This document shows positions 38,630 to 52,500 of a DNA stretch of 64,000 bases, piece by piece (within the stretch, counting starts at the first letter, position 1; each line of letters opens with the position of its first letter). The notes under the pieces are model-generated. The model saw only the letters and a list, made by a program, of their open reading frames with translations, was not told the DNA's origin and made no database searches. The DNA lies in the NCBI RefSeq assembly GCF_006345805.1, contig NC_042997.1, positions 24,366,001-24,430,000 of the forward strand. The letters run 5' to 3'. The position numbers and the translations under genes were made by a program. The stretch comes from Octopus sinensis. Lineage: Eukaryota.

Positions 38630-38635
<6 letters not shown>
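38308..38635. mobile_element. Fold-back derivative of the 34035 family (arms 38308-38369 / 38420-38481)
   Basis: GAATGGAGTTGAACGA.GATTTAACAAAATTCCTTTATTCTCGACATATG inverted; right end CTACCCAGGTATCGGTTAACCGGATTATCCATACT matches ~34192-34225. Confidence 0.8.
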
Positions 38636-38721
<86 letters not shown>

Positions 38722-38783
38722 GAGGATACTATCGATATTTAAGTGTCGAAATTATCAAGTTGGTGTCTTTTAGACACCCTCAT

Positions 38784-38862
<79 letters not shown>

Positions 38863-39108
38863 GTATATATAATCTATTCCACGCAGCGGGACTAAACATG
38901 GAATCATGGGAAACAAACTTCTTGCCACAAGAGCAACCCCTGCACCTATAGCTGCGCTGTACTTTTATTTTTATTAATTTTCAATATATAACTTTTTATA
39001 TACTCTAAATAATATGAAATTTTATGTTTTTATTCTTAAATTTCACATTTATTTATTTATTTATTTATTTATTTAGTCTTACACATTAGTTTAGATTTAT
39101 TAAATCAC

Positions 39109-39351
39109 TTACTCTCTTTACTCTTTACTCTTTTACTTCTTTCAATCATTTGACTGTGGCCATGCTGGGGCACCGCCTTTTAGTCGAGGAAATCGACCCC
39201 AGGACTTATTCTTTGTAAGCCTAGTACTTATTCTATCGGTCTCTTTTGCCGAACCGCTAGGTTACGGGGACGTAAACACACCAGCATCGGTTGTCAAGCG
39301 ATGTTGTGGGGGAAAACACAGACACACAAACATATACACACGTATGCATGC

Positions 39352-39388
<37 letters not shown>

Positions 39389-39564
39389 TGCACATATATA
39401 CAACGGGCTTCTTTCAGTTTCCGTCTACCAAATCCACTCACAAGGCTTTGGTCGGCCCGAGGCTATAGTAGAAGACACTTGCTCAAGGTGCCACGCAGTG
39501 GGACTGAACTCGGAACCATGTGGTTGGTAAGCAATCTAATTACCACACAGCCACTCCTACGCCT
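39109..39564 (-). mobile_element. SINE family C, full length
   Basis: Near-consensus copy; head AGGCGTAGGAGTGGCTGTGTGGTAA. Confidence 0.9.
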
Positions 39565-41819
39565 TATTTAGGTTTATTTTATCTTATCAATTACACTTTT
39601 ATTCACATACTAACTTTGCAACAATGTTTATTAAATATTGATTTTATTTGTGCATTACCTATATAATGAAACATTAATTCCTTGGAGAATTTACTAAACT
39701 TTTTTCCTAAGTTTCTAAATTTCAAATACCTTACAGCTCTTCATACCAAATTTAAATAATTGCTAAATAATATTTTTCTGCATTATTTATTTCTGATTTA
39801 ATTTCGGGTTTCTCTATTCTCATATATTTACTGACTTTAAATATATACAATATATACTAGAAACAGTGATTCACATAATGTTTTTTTTATAATTTACATC
39901 GCCATGCCCAACCAATTTATATGCAAAAATACAACGATCTCTGTGTCTACATACTTCGATCTTTATAGCATTTAATTTCATAATTTTACGTTATGTATGA
40001 TTGCTTTTGAAGCGCTGGCGTGTACTGCGTGTGAATTCATGCGTTTATGTATATGTATATGCATTTACACACGACATTATCAATGAGCACACGCAAATGG
40101 ACAATGCGCACGTATTTGCGTCTCTACATATATGCATATTAATGTACGTATGTGTTTAAGCACATATACCAGACGAAAGTATACGATTTTAAGGGTGCAT
40201 TTGAATATGTATGTCTACAGTTTAAGTGTTTTCCTGACATTAAAAATATTATTTCTAATATCAGGCAATTATATTTCACATTAGATATATACATAATATA
40301 TATATTGAATTATACATACATTCCACCAGTGTATTCAATAGAGACGAACATATATAATACAGGGGTGTTATTGATAGATTATAATACTTTTATATTTAAG
40401 AAATAGAAAAGGTAATTCTATCTCTAAAGCGTAGAATTCGTTTGCTTTCCCACGAAATTAGTGATAGCAACTGAAAGAAGTTTGAAAAAAAGATGGAAAT
40501 ATTAAAGAAATACAATTGTCTACATAAATTGTTACTAAAACCTGTAGAGCATTTCAAGTATACTAATTTGATAATTTTTAATATGAATTAAAATTGAAAA
40601 GCAAAAAAAAAAAATGATAAGGTCTCTTTTGTATAGCTTGGTAACTGAACAACACAAGTAATCACGTTCCGAACATATGACCTTAAAATATGGTTCTCTT
40701 ATACCGGCATCGAATCGACTTTCGTCGAAGCAAGCAAGATATTGTTTCAAATTACTGATGAAATCCCCAGCGAAAGGAATTGAGATCTAAAGACATTTCT
40801 AAGTCATTCAAGTACTAAATTTATGCATGTGTGTATGTACGTGCACGTGGCTTTTGTGTGTGTGACTGATAGACCGAGACAGTGACAGAGAGACAGAGAG
40901 AGAGAGAGTGCTTACTCTCCCATATATTACTCAAAAAAGCTTTAAGGATTACATATTTCTGAAAGATGTTTGACATGTTAATACAACAGTCGATTGAGTA
41001 ATATTGTGTTCGTGTAATAAAACTTCTTCTTTACCTTATTCTTCCTTCATATGCTTGCTTCTTTCTCACTATGCTTTACTTTGTCCCAAACATTCGTTGT
41101 AAAATGATATTTAAACTCAAATGAACAATTCTTCAAAGCTGTATATATTATTCTGTCTTCTCTCTCTGTATCTTTCACTATCTCTCTCTCACTCATCTCT
41201 CTCACATACACATTCTGGATTGTTAGTCATACCTTTAGCCTTTTGCCTTAGTGATTTTTGCTGTATATTCCACAAATTCATTATCGGTTACACACGCCAT
41301 GCTTCAGTTTATGTATATCGTTTACTTAAATAGAATTTTGGGACAATTAATTGTAAATGAATGGAAGCGTAACAATTTTGTAGCCATCTAGGTATTTTTC
41401 TTTTAGCAAAGAAGTAAAGTATTGCCCATAACGGTTTACAGGGTCCCGAACGGTAGGTGTCTGAGAGGGAGGAAGGCATCCGATAACTGGCTCGAATGCT
41501 TGTAAGAGGTTACACTCCGCTAAAGGCACTCAAATTCCCAGAGCGGGGTGCTGAAACAGACGGCGGATTAAATCGATTACCCGAGAGGTTTTGGTTGGAT
41601 TTGAACTCAGATCCTAAAGAGTCGAAACAAACATTACAAGATATTATTCCAGTCCTACCTTCGTTCATTTCTGCTTTTAGTCTGATATTTAAATCCGAAA
41701 GGATAAAAGGTAGAGATAGCTTCAGCAGTATTTGAACTCATAGCTCAAAGAGTCGGACAAACAAACAAATAGACAAACAGACATGACTGAACAATACCTC
41801 CAACTTCGCAAGGCGGACT

Positions 41820-41821
41820 TG

Positions 41822-41862
<41 letters not shown>

Positions 41863-42190
41863 TAATATAATAATAATAATATAATAATAATAATAATAAT
41901 AATAATATAATAACAACAACAACAACAACAATAATATAATAATCAGAATATATTAATGATAATAATAATAATATAATAACAACAACAATAATAATAATAA
42001 TAATGATAATAATATAATAATAATAATAATAATAATATAATAATAATAATGATATATAATAATAATAATAATAATAACAACAATACTATAATAATAATGA
42101 TAATAATAATAATAATAATAAAACAACAACACACAACAACAATAATAATAATAATATATATAATACTATAATATAATAATGATAATAATA
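41820..42190. repeat. (AAT)n/(AAC)n microsatellite
   Basis: Direct inspection. Confidence 0.95.
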
Positions 42191-43355
42191 CAGGGGCGTT
42201 TCATAATAATGCCCCTGACCCACTTCCCATAGCAGTAGAGCAACGAAACTTGGCACAGTTATTAGTCTTTTTCTACATGGGAACCACCCAGAGTTACGCA
42301 TTTCTCCCATCGTGTGATGCAGCTCTGAAGACCGTTTTTGTAGAAGACCCCAGCTTGGTCCTCCAACCACGACGTGACTTCAGAAATCAAGGCTGCATCA
42401 TCTGGGAAACGCTTTCCTTTCAAAAACAACTTCATGGCTGGGAAGAGGTGAAAATCAGAGGGTGCAGGTCAGGAGAGTAGGGAGAATGGGGGATGAGTTC
42501 ATAGCCGCACGCCTGTGTTTCTGATCTGGCGATACGCGAGTTGTGGATCGGAGCGTTGTCCTGCAGGAGGAGGATGCCTTTGCTGATCTTGCCCCGCCTC
42601 TTGATTTTGATAGCTTCTCTTAATTTCCTCAAAAGTGAAGCATAATAGACTCCTGTAATTGTGGCACCCTTTGCCAAGTAATCTGTCATCACTACTCCGT
42701 CCTGGTCCCAGAAGACTGTGAGCATGACCTTGCCAGCGGAGGGCTGCACCCTTGCCTTCTTTGGAGGAGGTGAGTCACGGTGCTTCCATTGCATTGACTG
42801 GGCTTTGGTCTCTAGATCATAGTGATGGACCCAGGTTTCATCCTGTGTAATCAGTCTTTTGAAAAATTTTGACTCTTCTTCTTGGCACATCTTCAAATTC
42901 ATCCTCGCGCAATCGACGCGTTCTTGTTTCTGGAAAGGTGTGAGCAGCCTTGGAATCCATCTGGCAGACACCTTTTGCATATGCAAATGGTTATGAATGA
43001 TAGTTTCCACAGACCCGGTACTAATCTTGACCTCATGGGCTATTTGGCGAATAGTTATGCGTCGATCTTCCAAAATGCCAGCCTCAACTTGACGGACAGA
43101 TGCCTCATCAATGACAGAAGGGGGCGACCAGATCTGGGAGCCTTTTCCACAAAGTTCCGACCATGTTTGAATTCACGATGCCAGCGTTTTACAAGGTCAT
43201 ATGATGGGGCATCATCGCCATAAGTTACTTTTATTTCATCAAAAGTCTCCCGTGGTGTGCGTCCTTTCAAATACAAAAACCGGATCACTGCTCGACACTC
43301 AACAGGCTCCGTTTCACACTTGACTCAGTTCAAACACCTGTAAATCATAAACCAC
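42191..43355 (-). mobile_element. Mariner (DD34D) DNA transposon, one TIR retained, other end truncated
   Basis: TA at 42189-42190 then TIR-like CAGGGGCGTTTCATAATAATGCCCCTGACCC; transposase inside; 5' end runs into (AAT)n at 43356. Confidence 0.9.
42262..43312 (-). pseudogene. Mariner transposase pseudogene (probable ATG->ACG start, two frameshifts)
   Basis: (T)EPVECRAVIRFLYLKG..RSGRP / EDRRITIRQIA..WIPRLL..TQDETW..QDNAPIH..PYSPDL / (A)PSDFHLFPAMK..RWEKCVTLGGSHVEKD*; frameshifts near 43120 and 42460; stop TAA 42262-42264. Confidence 0.9.
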
Positions 43356-43422
<67 letters not shown>

Positions 43423-43423
<1 letters not shown>

Positions 43424-43731
43424 GGGATTCTTTGGGGGTTTGAATAATTCACCTCTGGAAACATGGGTGTTTCGTTCAACATCCTTAAACAACCCTTATT
43501 CAGGGACCTTTCGAGTGGGATGGGTTACTCGACCTGAAGAAAATTCTAACTGGGCCCCACCTGCAAGGTCATGTGCTGTTTATTTTGATATGAGATCACC
43601 ATGTCGCCCACTTATGGTTGTGATGCATGTGCCTGGTGTACCCTTATCAGACAGGTAGTCATGATGGGTATACTGGGCTTCGTATATTTTACCCCAGTGT
43701 CACTTTGATGGCATGAACTGCTCTCTCACTC
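43423..43731. mobile_element. Left-truncated copy of (AAT)n-embedded family D element
   Basis: High similarity to 18863-19172; AAT tracts on both sides. Confidence 0.85.
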
Positions 43732-43777
<46 letters not shown>

Positions 43778-44034
43778 TAATAATAATAACAATAATGACG
43801 ACGACGACAACAACAACAATAATATTAATAATAATACGAAGTAGAAGGAAGAGTAGGAGCGGAAGAAAAAAATTATCGTCTATGATGAAAATGAAAGAAA
43901 CGAATGAAAGTGTGAAGATAGAAAACCCTTCCAAAGTTAGGTCAATGCTGTGTATGAGAGCTGGCATTTCTGATTTGTAACACAATGGAGGCTTAATATC
44001 AATCATACCGAAGATAGGGAAGATTAATACAGAC

Positions 44035-44230
<196 letters not shown>

Positions 44231-45145
44231 AAGAGAGAGAAAGAGATTGTGAGGGAGAGTGAGATTGCGAAAGAGAAGCGGTAGGATAATTACACAAATA
44301 ATGAAGAAATTATACATAGAAGACCAAGTCTGAGACAGACACTTGATCACAAAAACTATGGAAGAGAACAATAGGCATTATCGAAAGCAATATTTCATTG
44401 GTACTTGTTATATATAATTTATCGATTCGAGATGGTGGAAATCAAAATTGATATAGCTTCGTTAAAATCAGACAAAGACAAAAGTTACTATGTAGAAATA
44501 CAGAGAAACATTTTCATCACGATTTATCCATCCTTCTTACAGTCAAAATTTGCACAAAGCCTAATGAATTAGGCAAACGCCAGTATAACTGCCTGAAGTG
44601 AATAGCTTTAGCAGACACTACACTATGTATGCATGTACCTTACGTGATACAGATAAAGTTGATGCAACACAAAGTTGATGCACCTTAATATGAGGCACGG
44701 TATCTCACCCTCAAAGCTCGGTCGCAGGATGGGTCGTAAAGATTGTCGTACAGAATAAAGACTAATACCAAATCCATCTTCTGATTCATTAATCGATTTT
44801 TCAGTTTATTTATGAACCTTTTCTATCTATGTAGTGATTATGAAAGACATATATCTGATGACTTCGTGGACAACATTTCTGCCTATTCCTTTTATTTTCT
44901 TATTATTTTCTGAAATATTCCTTATTATTTTCTGAATCCAAAAATTATACAGATTATATAGCAACGACTGAAAAAAGGTATGTCCTCAAATACTTTACGC
45001 ACCCTGCATACACTTACACAAACACACATGTACATATATATGCATTATATATACACACACACACATATATATATAGATATATATATATTTTATTCAGTTT
45101 CAGCTCACAAGCTGTGGCCATGCTGGCACCGCCATTTTATATATA

Positions 45146-45237
<92 letters not shown>

Positions 45238-45533
45238 TATATATATCAATACACACACACGCACATATATATATATATATATATATACCTATATGTATGT
45301 ATACTACTAATATAGGATGAAGTTTTTTTTCTCTACAGAAAAGAATTCCATCAAGAAATGTGGCAGCATATTAAAATACCTTTACGGTTAAAATTATAAA
45401 CAACTTATAAGAAAAGGCTAAAGAAAATTATTTCAAAGCCAATATGCTGATTTTCCACATATAATCTACTCGCTACAGAAAAATTGAACTGAAGTCGGGA
45501 AAGCTAACCGTTAGAACATTTAAATTTCGTTAT

Positions 45534-45593
45534 CTCTATATTGAATCAATTTCGGAATTAATCTCATAAAAGATTTATTCGTCTTCAGTAGAG
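45534..45593 (-). ncRNA. Type I hammerhead ribozyme candidate
   Basis: Minus strand CTCTA-CTGAAGA-C-GAAT-A-AATCT-TTTATG-AGATT-A-ATTC-C-GAAA-TTG-ATT-CAA-TA^TAGAG: stem I 5 bp, stem II 9 bp (C.C at 10.1-11.1), stem III 3 bp plus A-U, AUA triplet. Confidence 0.65.
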
Positions 45594-45769
45594 CTTACGA
45601 GAGAATATAAATAAGATACTTACATACTTACATGCACCCATGGAAAAAGCCGAAGCAAAAAACATGAGTGCACGTAAGTACCCCAGTTATATCTAAAAAT
45701 AAAAATTCTTTGGTCAGCCTCAGAAAAACGTGTTGACTGCTTGCCACTACAGATTATAGTGGTTACCTG

Positions 45770-45966
45770 TCTCTATAGCGAGTAGTGTTTGTCCCCCCAG
45801 CATCGCTTGACAACTTATGCTGGTGTGTTTACATCCCCATAACATAGCGGTTCGGCAAAGAGACCGATAGAATAATTCCTAGGCTTACAAGTCCTGGGGT
45901 CGATTTGCTGGACTAAAGGCGGTGTTGCAGCATGGCCACAGTCAAATGACTGAAACATGTTAAAGA
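45770..45966 (+). mobile_element. SINE family C, 3' half
   Basis: GTGTTTGTCCCCCAGCATCGCTTGACAAC..GGCAAAGAGACCGATAG..CAAATGACTGAAAC. Confidence 0.85.
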
Positions 45967-45974
45967 GTGAGAGA

Positions 45975-46041
<67 letters not shown>

Positions 46042-46043
<2 letters not shown>

Positions 46044-46290
46044 CGAGGTAGTTTGCTCTACTTCAAAAGCGAGTGAAACTCCCAGTTTTAGTAGTTACGA
46101 GTTTGAAGTTGCTGCGCAGAGTTATAAGTTACTCCTAATTTATTTATTTTGTTTCTGAGAATTTCATAAAGACTTATGATATCTCCACACCATACAGACT
46201 TCCGTCACTGCTTCCTTGAATTAAGCTCCAAAACGGATCTACTATTCATTTTCGTATATTTGGCTTTTGTGAAATTCAGTCTTTAGTCTA
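46042..46290 (-). mobile_element. Possible mariner 3' end fragment
   Basis: Begins TACGAGGTAGT (mariner-like terminus) next to (TA)n; minus-strand FKEAVTEV resembles mariner C-terminus. Confidence 0.35.
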
Positions 46291-46425
46291 TAGGTTCATC
46301 TAAATATAATACAATATCCTACAACACCGACATACACAGGCGTACATGTAAATATATATATATATGCATATACACATGTATATGTGTACATATATATTTA
46401 TGTAAACATATACATACATACATAT

Positions 46426-46467
<42 letters not shown>

Positions 46468-46474
46468 CATATTC

Positions 46475-46542
<68 letters not shown>

Positions 46543-46583
46543 CTCTCTCTCTATATATATATATACATACACACACATACATA

Positions 46584-46621
<38 letters not shown>

Positions 46622-46929
46622 TATATATATATACAGACATATACATCTAGCGCTACCACCCACCTTTGTTCTTGTTTGTTCATTAATTATCTCTCAGCCC
46701 TAGCTCCGATTTTCAGACTCTATTACACAGTTAATTTTACTTGACTCTGAATATCTTTTTCTTATTTCCCAATTTCCTTCCTTTTCTCATTCGCATCCTC
46801 ATTCTCCACTCTACCGTTTACTCTATGTATCTCTCTGTCTCTCATTCACTCTCTCACACACATACTCTCTCTCTCTCTCTCTCGCTCTTTCTCTCTCACT
46901 CTGGTCCTCTTTCCTCCACTTTTCACAGA

Positions 46930-47440
46930 ATCGTCCTTCCTCCCAAGAATCATGATTGTATTTCCTCTAGTGAGATTTCCAGGGAGGAACTCATTACCAA
47001 CAGTTCTATTAACTTGGACGTAGCATCTAATTTCTGCTTGGAGTAAGTTTGATAGAATTTCTTTCAAGACATCCAAATCTCAGAATCTCTTCCTCTCCCG
47101 CAGAGCTTCTAATCTTCCATCCTATTCTCTTGATGTTATTACCATTCTTACTTGTAAATCCATTAATATTTAATGGGATTTTATTAATTGAGAATTATCT
47201 TTGTCAGGCTACAGCAAATATATTTTTCCTTTTACTTCCATTCTATTTATTTCAATGTATGCGTATCTAACTTTCTATCTACATCGTCATTCATATCCCC
47301 TCCTCACTTTAACGGTGTTCTGTCTTCATAAACTCGGAATTCTACTTCATTGCAAACAGTATTTGAGGCTCCATACCCAAAGACACTGCTTATAAAATGT
47401 CTGGGTACTCCAGTGGCTCTTCTTTCTCTTCTTTGTTCTC
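46930..47440 (-). pseudogene. Possible CR1/L2-clade LINE 3' relic
   Basis: NRTVGNEFLPGNLTRGNTIMILGRKDD resembles CR1 terminal RVV..WN.LP..VV...S...FK..LD. Confidence 0.4.
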
Positions 47441-47669
47441 TTCACTTACAGTATCTTCACTACGTATATTATATATAGGATCGTATCCTCGTTCGATTCT
47501 CTTTCTCGCCCTTTCTCATCAACTCTCTCTCTTTCCTTCTCCCGCCCTTGAACTATGTAACATATACATGTCTGCATGTGTATTTTACTGCGTGTGTATT
47601 TGCGTGTGTGCGCACACAAATACATATAATTACCTACATACCTACCTACCTACCTGCCTACCTACCAAC

Positions 47670-47873
47670 CTCTTTCTTTACAACCCACAAGGGGTTAAAC
47701 ATAGAGGGGGAAAACAAGTACAGACAAACGTATTAAGTCGATTATATCGACCCCAGTGCGTCACTGGTACTTAATTTATCGACTCCGAAATGATGAAAGC
47801 TAAAGTCGACCTCGGCGGAATTTGAACTCAGAACGTAACGACAGACGAAATACGGCTAAGCATTTTGCCCGTT
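47670..47873 (-). mobile_element. Family A SINE
   Basis: Reverse complement of the Meta domain, B box and tail. Confidence 0.85.
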
Positions 47874-47899
47874 AAGGAGAAATCTACAGTGAAAAAGTA

Positions 47900-49375
47900 A
47901 CGAAATTACTAAACGGAAACAACCTAGATGGAAAACAAAACTTGAACAAAACACCAACAACTCTTCACACAAAGCTCTTGAGGGAAAGCTAATCACTTTA
48001 AAACATGAACTCAGGACGATGAGCGAGAAACTCCGCTATCGCAAGCGAATTTTTGAGCCAGTATGAATCGCACGTTTTCTTCCAACCCACAAGCATTATA
48101 CCGAGAGATGCGGAAGAAAAATTTTACCATTAAGAAAGCTCCCCCCCCCCAAGATCATTCTGGAAAAAAATTTTGGAACGAAAAGACGTTTCAACCTGAA
48201 TGAATTCATGGTTAGGTACAACTGAGAGAGAATACTATATCAACACTAACAGTAAAGCATACAAAATTGATGCAGAAACATTCTGTATAGCAGTAGACAT
48301 ACTGCTGAATGGGAAGGAACATGTAAGGGACCTCATAGTCGGATATCTGTTCAAGAAGTTGACATTTTATAGAAACCAATTGATATGCATGTTCAAAAGG
48401 ACATTGGCTTCTACATGAAGGACAAATATTGTTGCCTAAAAGGAAATCTCTGATGTGGCAGGAAACTATACGCCTATCGCTTGCCTAAACATTATGTACA
48501 AACAGTACACAAGTTACCTCAACCAGTTCCTCCAGGACTATTGTAAGCCGAGCAGCATTGAGACTTATGAACCGGCTGGTAAAAAGAATGGAGTGTGGGG
48601 ATGTACCGAACAACCTTTAATAAATAAAGCTGTACTGTCTAAAGTAAGAAAACAATGCAGAAACCTTGTGACAGTATGGCTTGACTGAAAGAAGGCACTC
48701 GACTCTTACCCCCATTCATTACTGTTGAAGTACCTACATGTGGTAAAGATACCTACAACCTTAATTGTTGCTATAGAGGGACTCACAAAGACATAGCCAA
48801 CTATACTTTCCTTTACAACTGAGAACAGAATAAGTGATTCTAATGGTAGAGTCATTACAAAGGGAATATTTCAAAGAGATAGTCTTTTTGAAGTTCTTTA
48901 TGTTATAGCATTGAATCCATTATCGGTCCTACTGCAGAAAGCAAATGTTTACATGCTAGGATCTTCATCTGCCAGAAATATCAATGTAACTCATAATTCC
49001 TTTGTAGACGACCTGAAGTTTTATGCTAAAAAAAATAACTAAAATTAATAACAATATTTTCAGCAGATAAAGTCATGGAATTTGGCCAAAAGAAATGTTC
49101 ATACTTGGTTATTGGACGAGGAAAGTCAGTCCCCCAAAACCCAAAACCTGTGCATCAACGGTTTCTCTATATCCCCCATTCCACACAAAGAATGTTACAA
49201 GTAACTAGACGAAAATGTATTATATAAGGCACTGTGAATAAGGATGTACCATCTAAGGTACTGTGACTCGAGAATATTACACCAGACGGAACTCTCCTCT
49301 TACAACAAAACAATATCCCACAATACGTTTGCAGTACCAGTGCTTATCCCAACATTTGGGATACTTGATTGATCT
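47900..49375 (+). pseudogene. R4/Dong-clade non-LTR retrotransposon RT relic
   Basis: NYTPIACLNIMYK..GVWGCTEQPLINKAVL..RNLVTVWLD*KKALDSYPHS; GIFQRDSL (~48862); FVDDLKFYA (49001); FGQKKC (49081); FAVPVLIPTFGILD; multiple stops and frameshifts. Confidence 0.8.
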
Positions 49376-49492
49376 GTATCACACTGTATATATACTGTTC
49401 AGTATTTACATGTTGAAAAATTTTATCATTTTACTTATATTCTTCTACAATACATTTCAACGCTTCAAAACCAAACTTATCATATATATATG

Positions 49493-49574
<82 letters not shown>

Positions 49575-49588
49575 ATGTGTGTGTATGC

Positions 49589-49628
<40 letters not shown>

Positions 49629-49849
49629 ATGTATATAAAAATATTTGTATATATACATACATACATTCACACTCTATTCATGCATATGTATGTAACATAT
49701 GTACATATGCGCATGTGTGCGTGAGTGCATGTATGTACAGATAAATGTATATGCGTGAATGTAGGTATACGTACACGTATATTCACGCAAACGTCTACAT
49801 ATAGATAAATATACATACATTTTACAATGTCAAGCAAAAGTTTGTTATC

Positions 49850-50317
49850 ACCTGCAACTGAAACAAGCCCTGCAAGCAGCAGTGAAGTCACTGATAGTGC
49901 ACAAACAATGAGTGCACCTCTTTAGCAATGATCAACCTACTGTTGACACTTTAGGTGCAGATGATGATCACAGGGATCAAGAAATTACAGAAAAGCGAGA
50001 GCAGAGACAGGAAAAAAGGACGCAAATTTAGTAATTTCAAAGAATACAGTAACCTGGTAAACTAGCCTGTAACAATTGATAATGATTTCATACAAAACTG
50101 TGTAATGCAAAACATCAGATTAAAAAAACAAACAAAAAAATAACAAAAACGCAGGAGTCATGTGTGGTAAGTAGCTTGCTAACCAACCACATGGTTGCGG
50201 GTTCAGTCCCACTGCGTGGCATCTTGGGCAAGTGTCTTCTGCTATAGCCCCGGGCCGACCAATGCCTTGTGAGTGGATTTGGTAGACGGAAACTGAAAGA
50301 AGCCTGTCGTATATATG

Positions 50318-50354
<37 letters not shown>

Positions 50355-51658
50355 TTGTGTGTCTGTGTTTGTCCCCCTAGCATTGCTTGACAACCGATGC
50401 TGGTGTGTTTACGTCCCCGTCACTTAGCGGTTCGGCAAAACAGACCAATAGAATAAGTACTGGGCTTACAAAGAATAAGTCTCGGGGTCGATTTGCTCGA
50501 CTAAAGGCGGTGCTCCAGCATGGCCGCAGTCAAATGACTGAAACAAGTAAAAGAGTAAAAGAGAAAGAGTAAAGAGTAAAAACAAACAGATAGTGTATAT
50601 ACTGAATCCAACAAGAGTTAAAAACAGCAAAATTGAAGTTTCCCAAACAAGAACTTTGAAAAAAGATTGAAAAAATTGTTAGACTGTGATGAGATACTGG
50701 TTAGTTTACTCAAAGAGCAAACACGTTTCTAAATGCCAAATATCACTTACAACAGGTAAGTTTTCAGATTGGATGGATATACTCAGAACTCTAGAAAATC
50801 ATGAAGACAGCATGGCACATAACGGCGATGTTGAGCTGACTAACACGAAAGTCAAATAAAAACACAGTAGATCAGCAACTTGAGGAAGAGTTGAGAAAAA
50901 AACATGCAGTACTATTTTGAAGTACTAAAGAGAGTAGTAGCAGTTATAAAGTTTTTAAGTAAAAGACGTTTAGCATTTAGAGGCCATGAGGAAAATTGGG
51001 GCTCCACAAACAATGGAAATTCATGGGAGCCATTGAGCTTATTGCGGAGTTCGTCCCATTTTTACATGAACATTTAGAGAAATGTAAAAACGAAAAAATA
51101 AACATTACTTACCAATCCAAATCTGTGTATGAAGAATTCATAGAAATCATGGGAAAACATCTGAAAGACTGAAGAGAAACTTAAATTCCTTATGCAGAGT
51201 CTCTAGAAGATGACAATGCAAAGAGCTGTCATATAACAAACTTGTTGCTACAAAAACAGGAAAAAGAGTATTTTGTAATTTTCATATGTATTTTAATGAA
51301 GCAACATGCATGTATATAACACTTCCCTAATTTTCAAACCTCATAACTAAAAGTATAAGGTATAGCCTGGAGAATATCTGTAGTGATCTGCCACGGAACA
51401 ACCACCACATCGACAAAAATATCAGTGATTACTCACACCTCGTTTCTGGTGGATAGAGGGCTTACTTTCAGACTCATTTTTATGGACTCCACTTCATTAC
51501 TCCACCATTTGGTCTATCAGGGCCTGTAACTGGAGTTCTTTGCAAAGTCATAAAAAATCTTTGACCCTTCTTGGATGTTACCCTACTGTTGCTGGTTGTA
51601 AAATGGGCCACCATAAAATTCTAAGCTTCAGAGCCCCAATATTGTAGATCCGCCACTG
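49850..51658 (+). pseudogene. hAT (Tip100/ZMYM1-like, DUF4371-type) transposase relic, interrupted by a SINE, with 3' TIR-like end
   Basis: YYFEVLKRVVAVIKFLSKRRLAFRGHEENWGSTNNG..GAIELIAEFVP..HEHLEK..SKSVYEEFIEIMGK; TAGATCCGCCACTG at 51645-51658 (reverse of CAGTGGCGGATCTA). Confidence 0.75.
50150..50580 (+). mobile_element. SINE family C, full length, inserted in the hAT relic
   Basis: Head GCAGGAGT..TGTGTGGTAAGTAGCTTGCT; tail (GTAAAAGA)n. Confidence 0.9.
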
Positions 51659-51749
51659 CTATTATGTAATATTGAAGGGTGTATTTCCTAACTTTCGCAT
51701 ATTCACAACACTGCAACTCAGTGATGTTAATTTTTTTTAGCACATATAA

Positions 51750-52500
51750 CAACTTAAACTGAGTAAGGAAAACAGGAACAGTAAATATTTAGGCCAAATC
51801 ATAGGTAGAAGCAAGTGATTAACTCTCCTGTTTGGCTTTAAAGATTAAGCTTTAGTTATCTTCGACTATTTGAATAATCATATCTAAGATAATCTTATAA
51901 ATAATTCCACGGTCAGATCTGTTAAGACTAGTAAGTCTTATAAAATGAGTATTCAGAAAGATCAGCATTGTGATTCTTTCTGTTGAAGTACGGAGATATA
52001 TGCATGTAAGAGTATATCCTTCACAAGGTCCATAACGAGGTCACAGTTTTGATCAATAATCCTCATTAAGACAGCGTCATCCGTCAGTTTGTAATTTCTA
52101 TTGAGTTTCTCGATGATAAATTCGTTATAGTTATCCACAAAGAGAGCGTAGAAGTTATTGGTTTTGTTAGAGAATACATGGATATTTAGTGATCTTATAA
52201 TACCGGAGATAATCGTGGATAAATCCTTGAGGAAGACATTCATATGCTTAGGAAATTTAATCTTCTTGAGCATTTTCGTCAGATCTCTTGTAAAATTATA
52301 CAGTAAGCTATTATGTGGTGAGATTTCATAATATTTTAAATTCTTTCTCTTTCGGCATCTATGCCCTGGCCCTTACCAACTTACTCTCGTTTCAGTAACA
52401 AAGTTTTCATTATGAGTTTCTTACACATTTCTCCGTATTCATTTCTCCTTTCGTAATCGTTTCCTATTCTTCTGTCTTTTTATTTGCCTGCATATTCTAT
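51750..52500 (-). pseudogene. Penelope-like element RT N-terminal relic
   Basis: DLTKMLKKIKF..VFSNKTNNFY..YNEFIIEKLNRNYK..AFLNTHFIRLTSLNRSDRGIIYKIILD matches PLE L..MIK.IKF..VFADKT.N.Y..Y.......Y...AFIT......RLINP.KS..G...K.ILD. Confidence 0.7.

Noticed and set aside
40535-40790. Possible host exon on minus strand (ISIPFAGDFISNLKQYLACFDESRFDAG...)
   Set aside because: No recognisable domain or convincing donor site; needs RNA-seq or BLASTx.
40750-40795. CTGATGA...GAAA spacing
   Set aside because: No stem I or stem II pairing.
42432-43073. Host SETMAR/Metnase-like gene
   Set aside because: No SET domain; frameshifted transposase inside a TIR/TA-bounded mariner.
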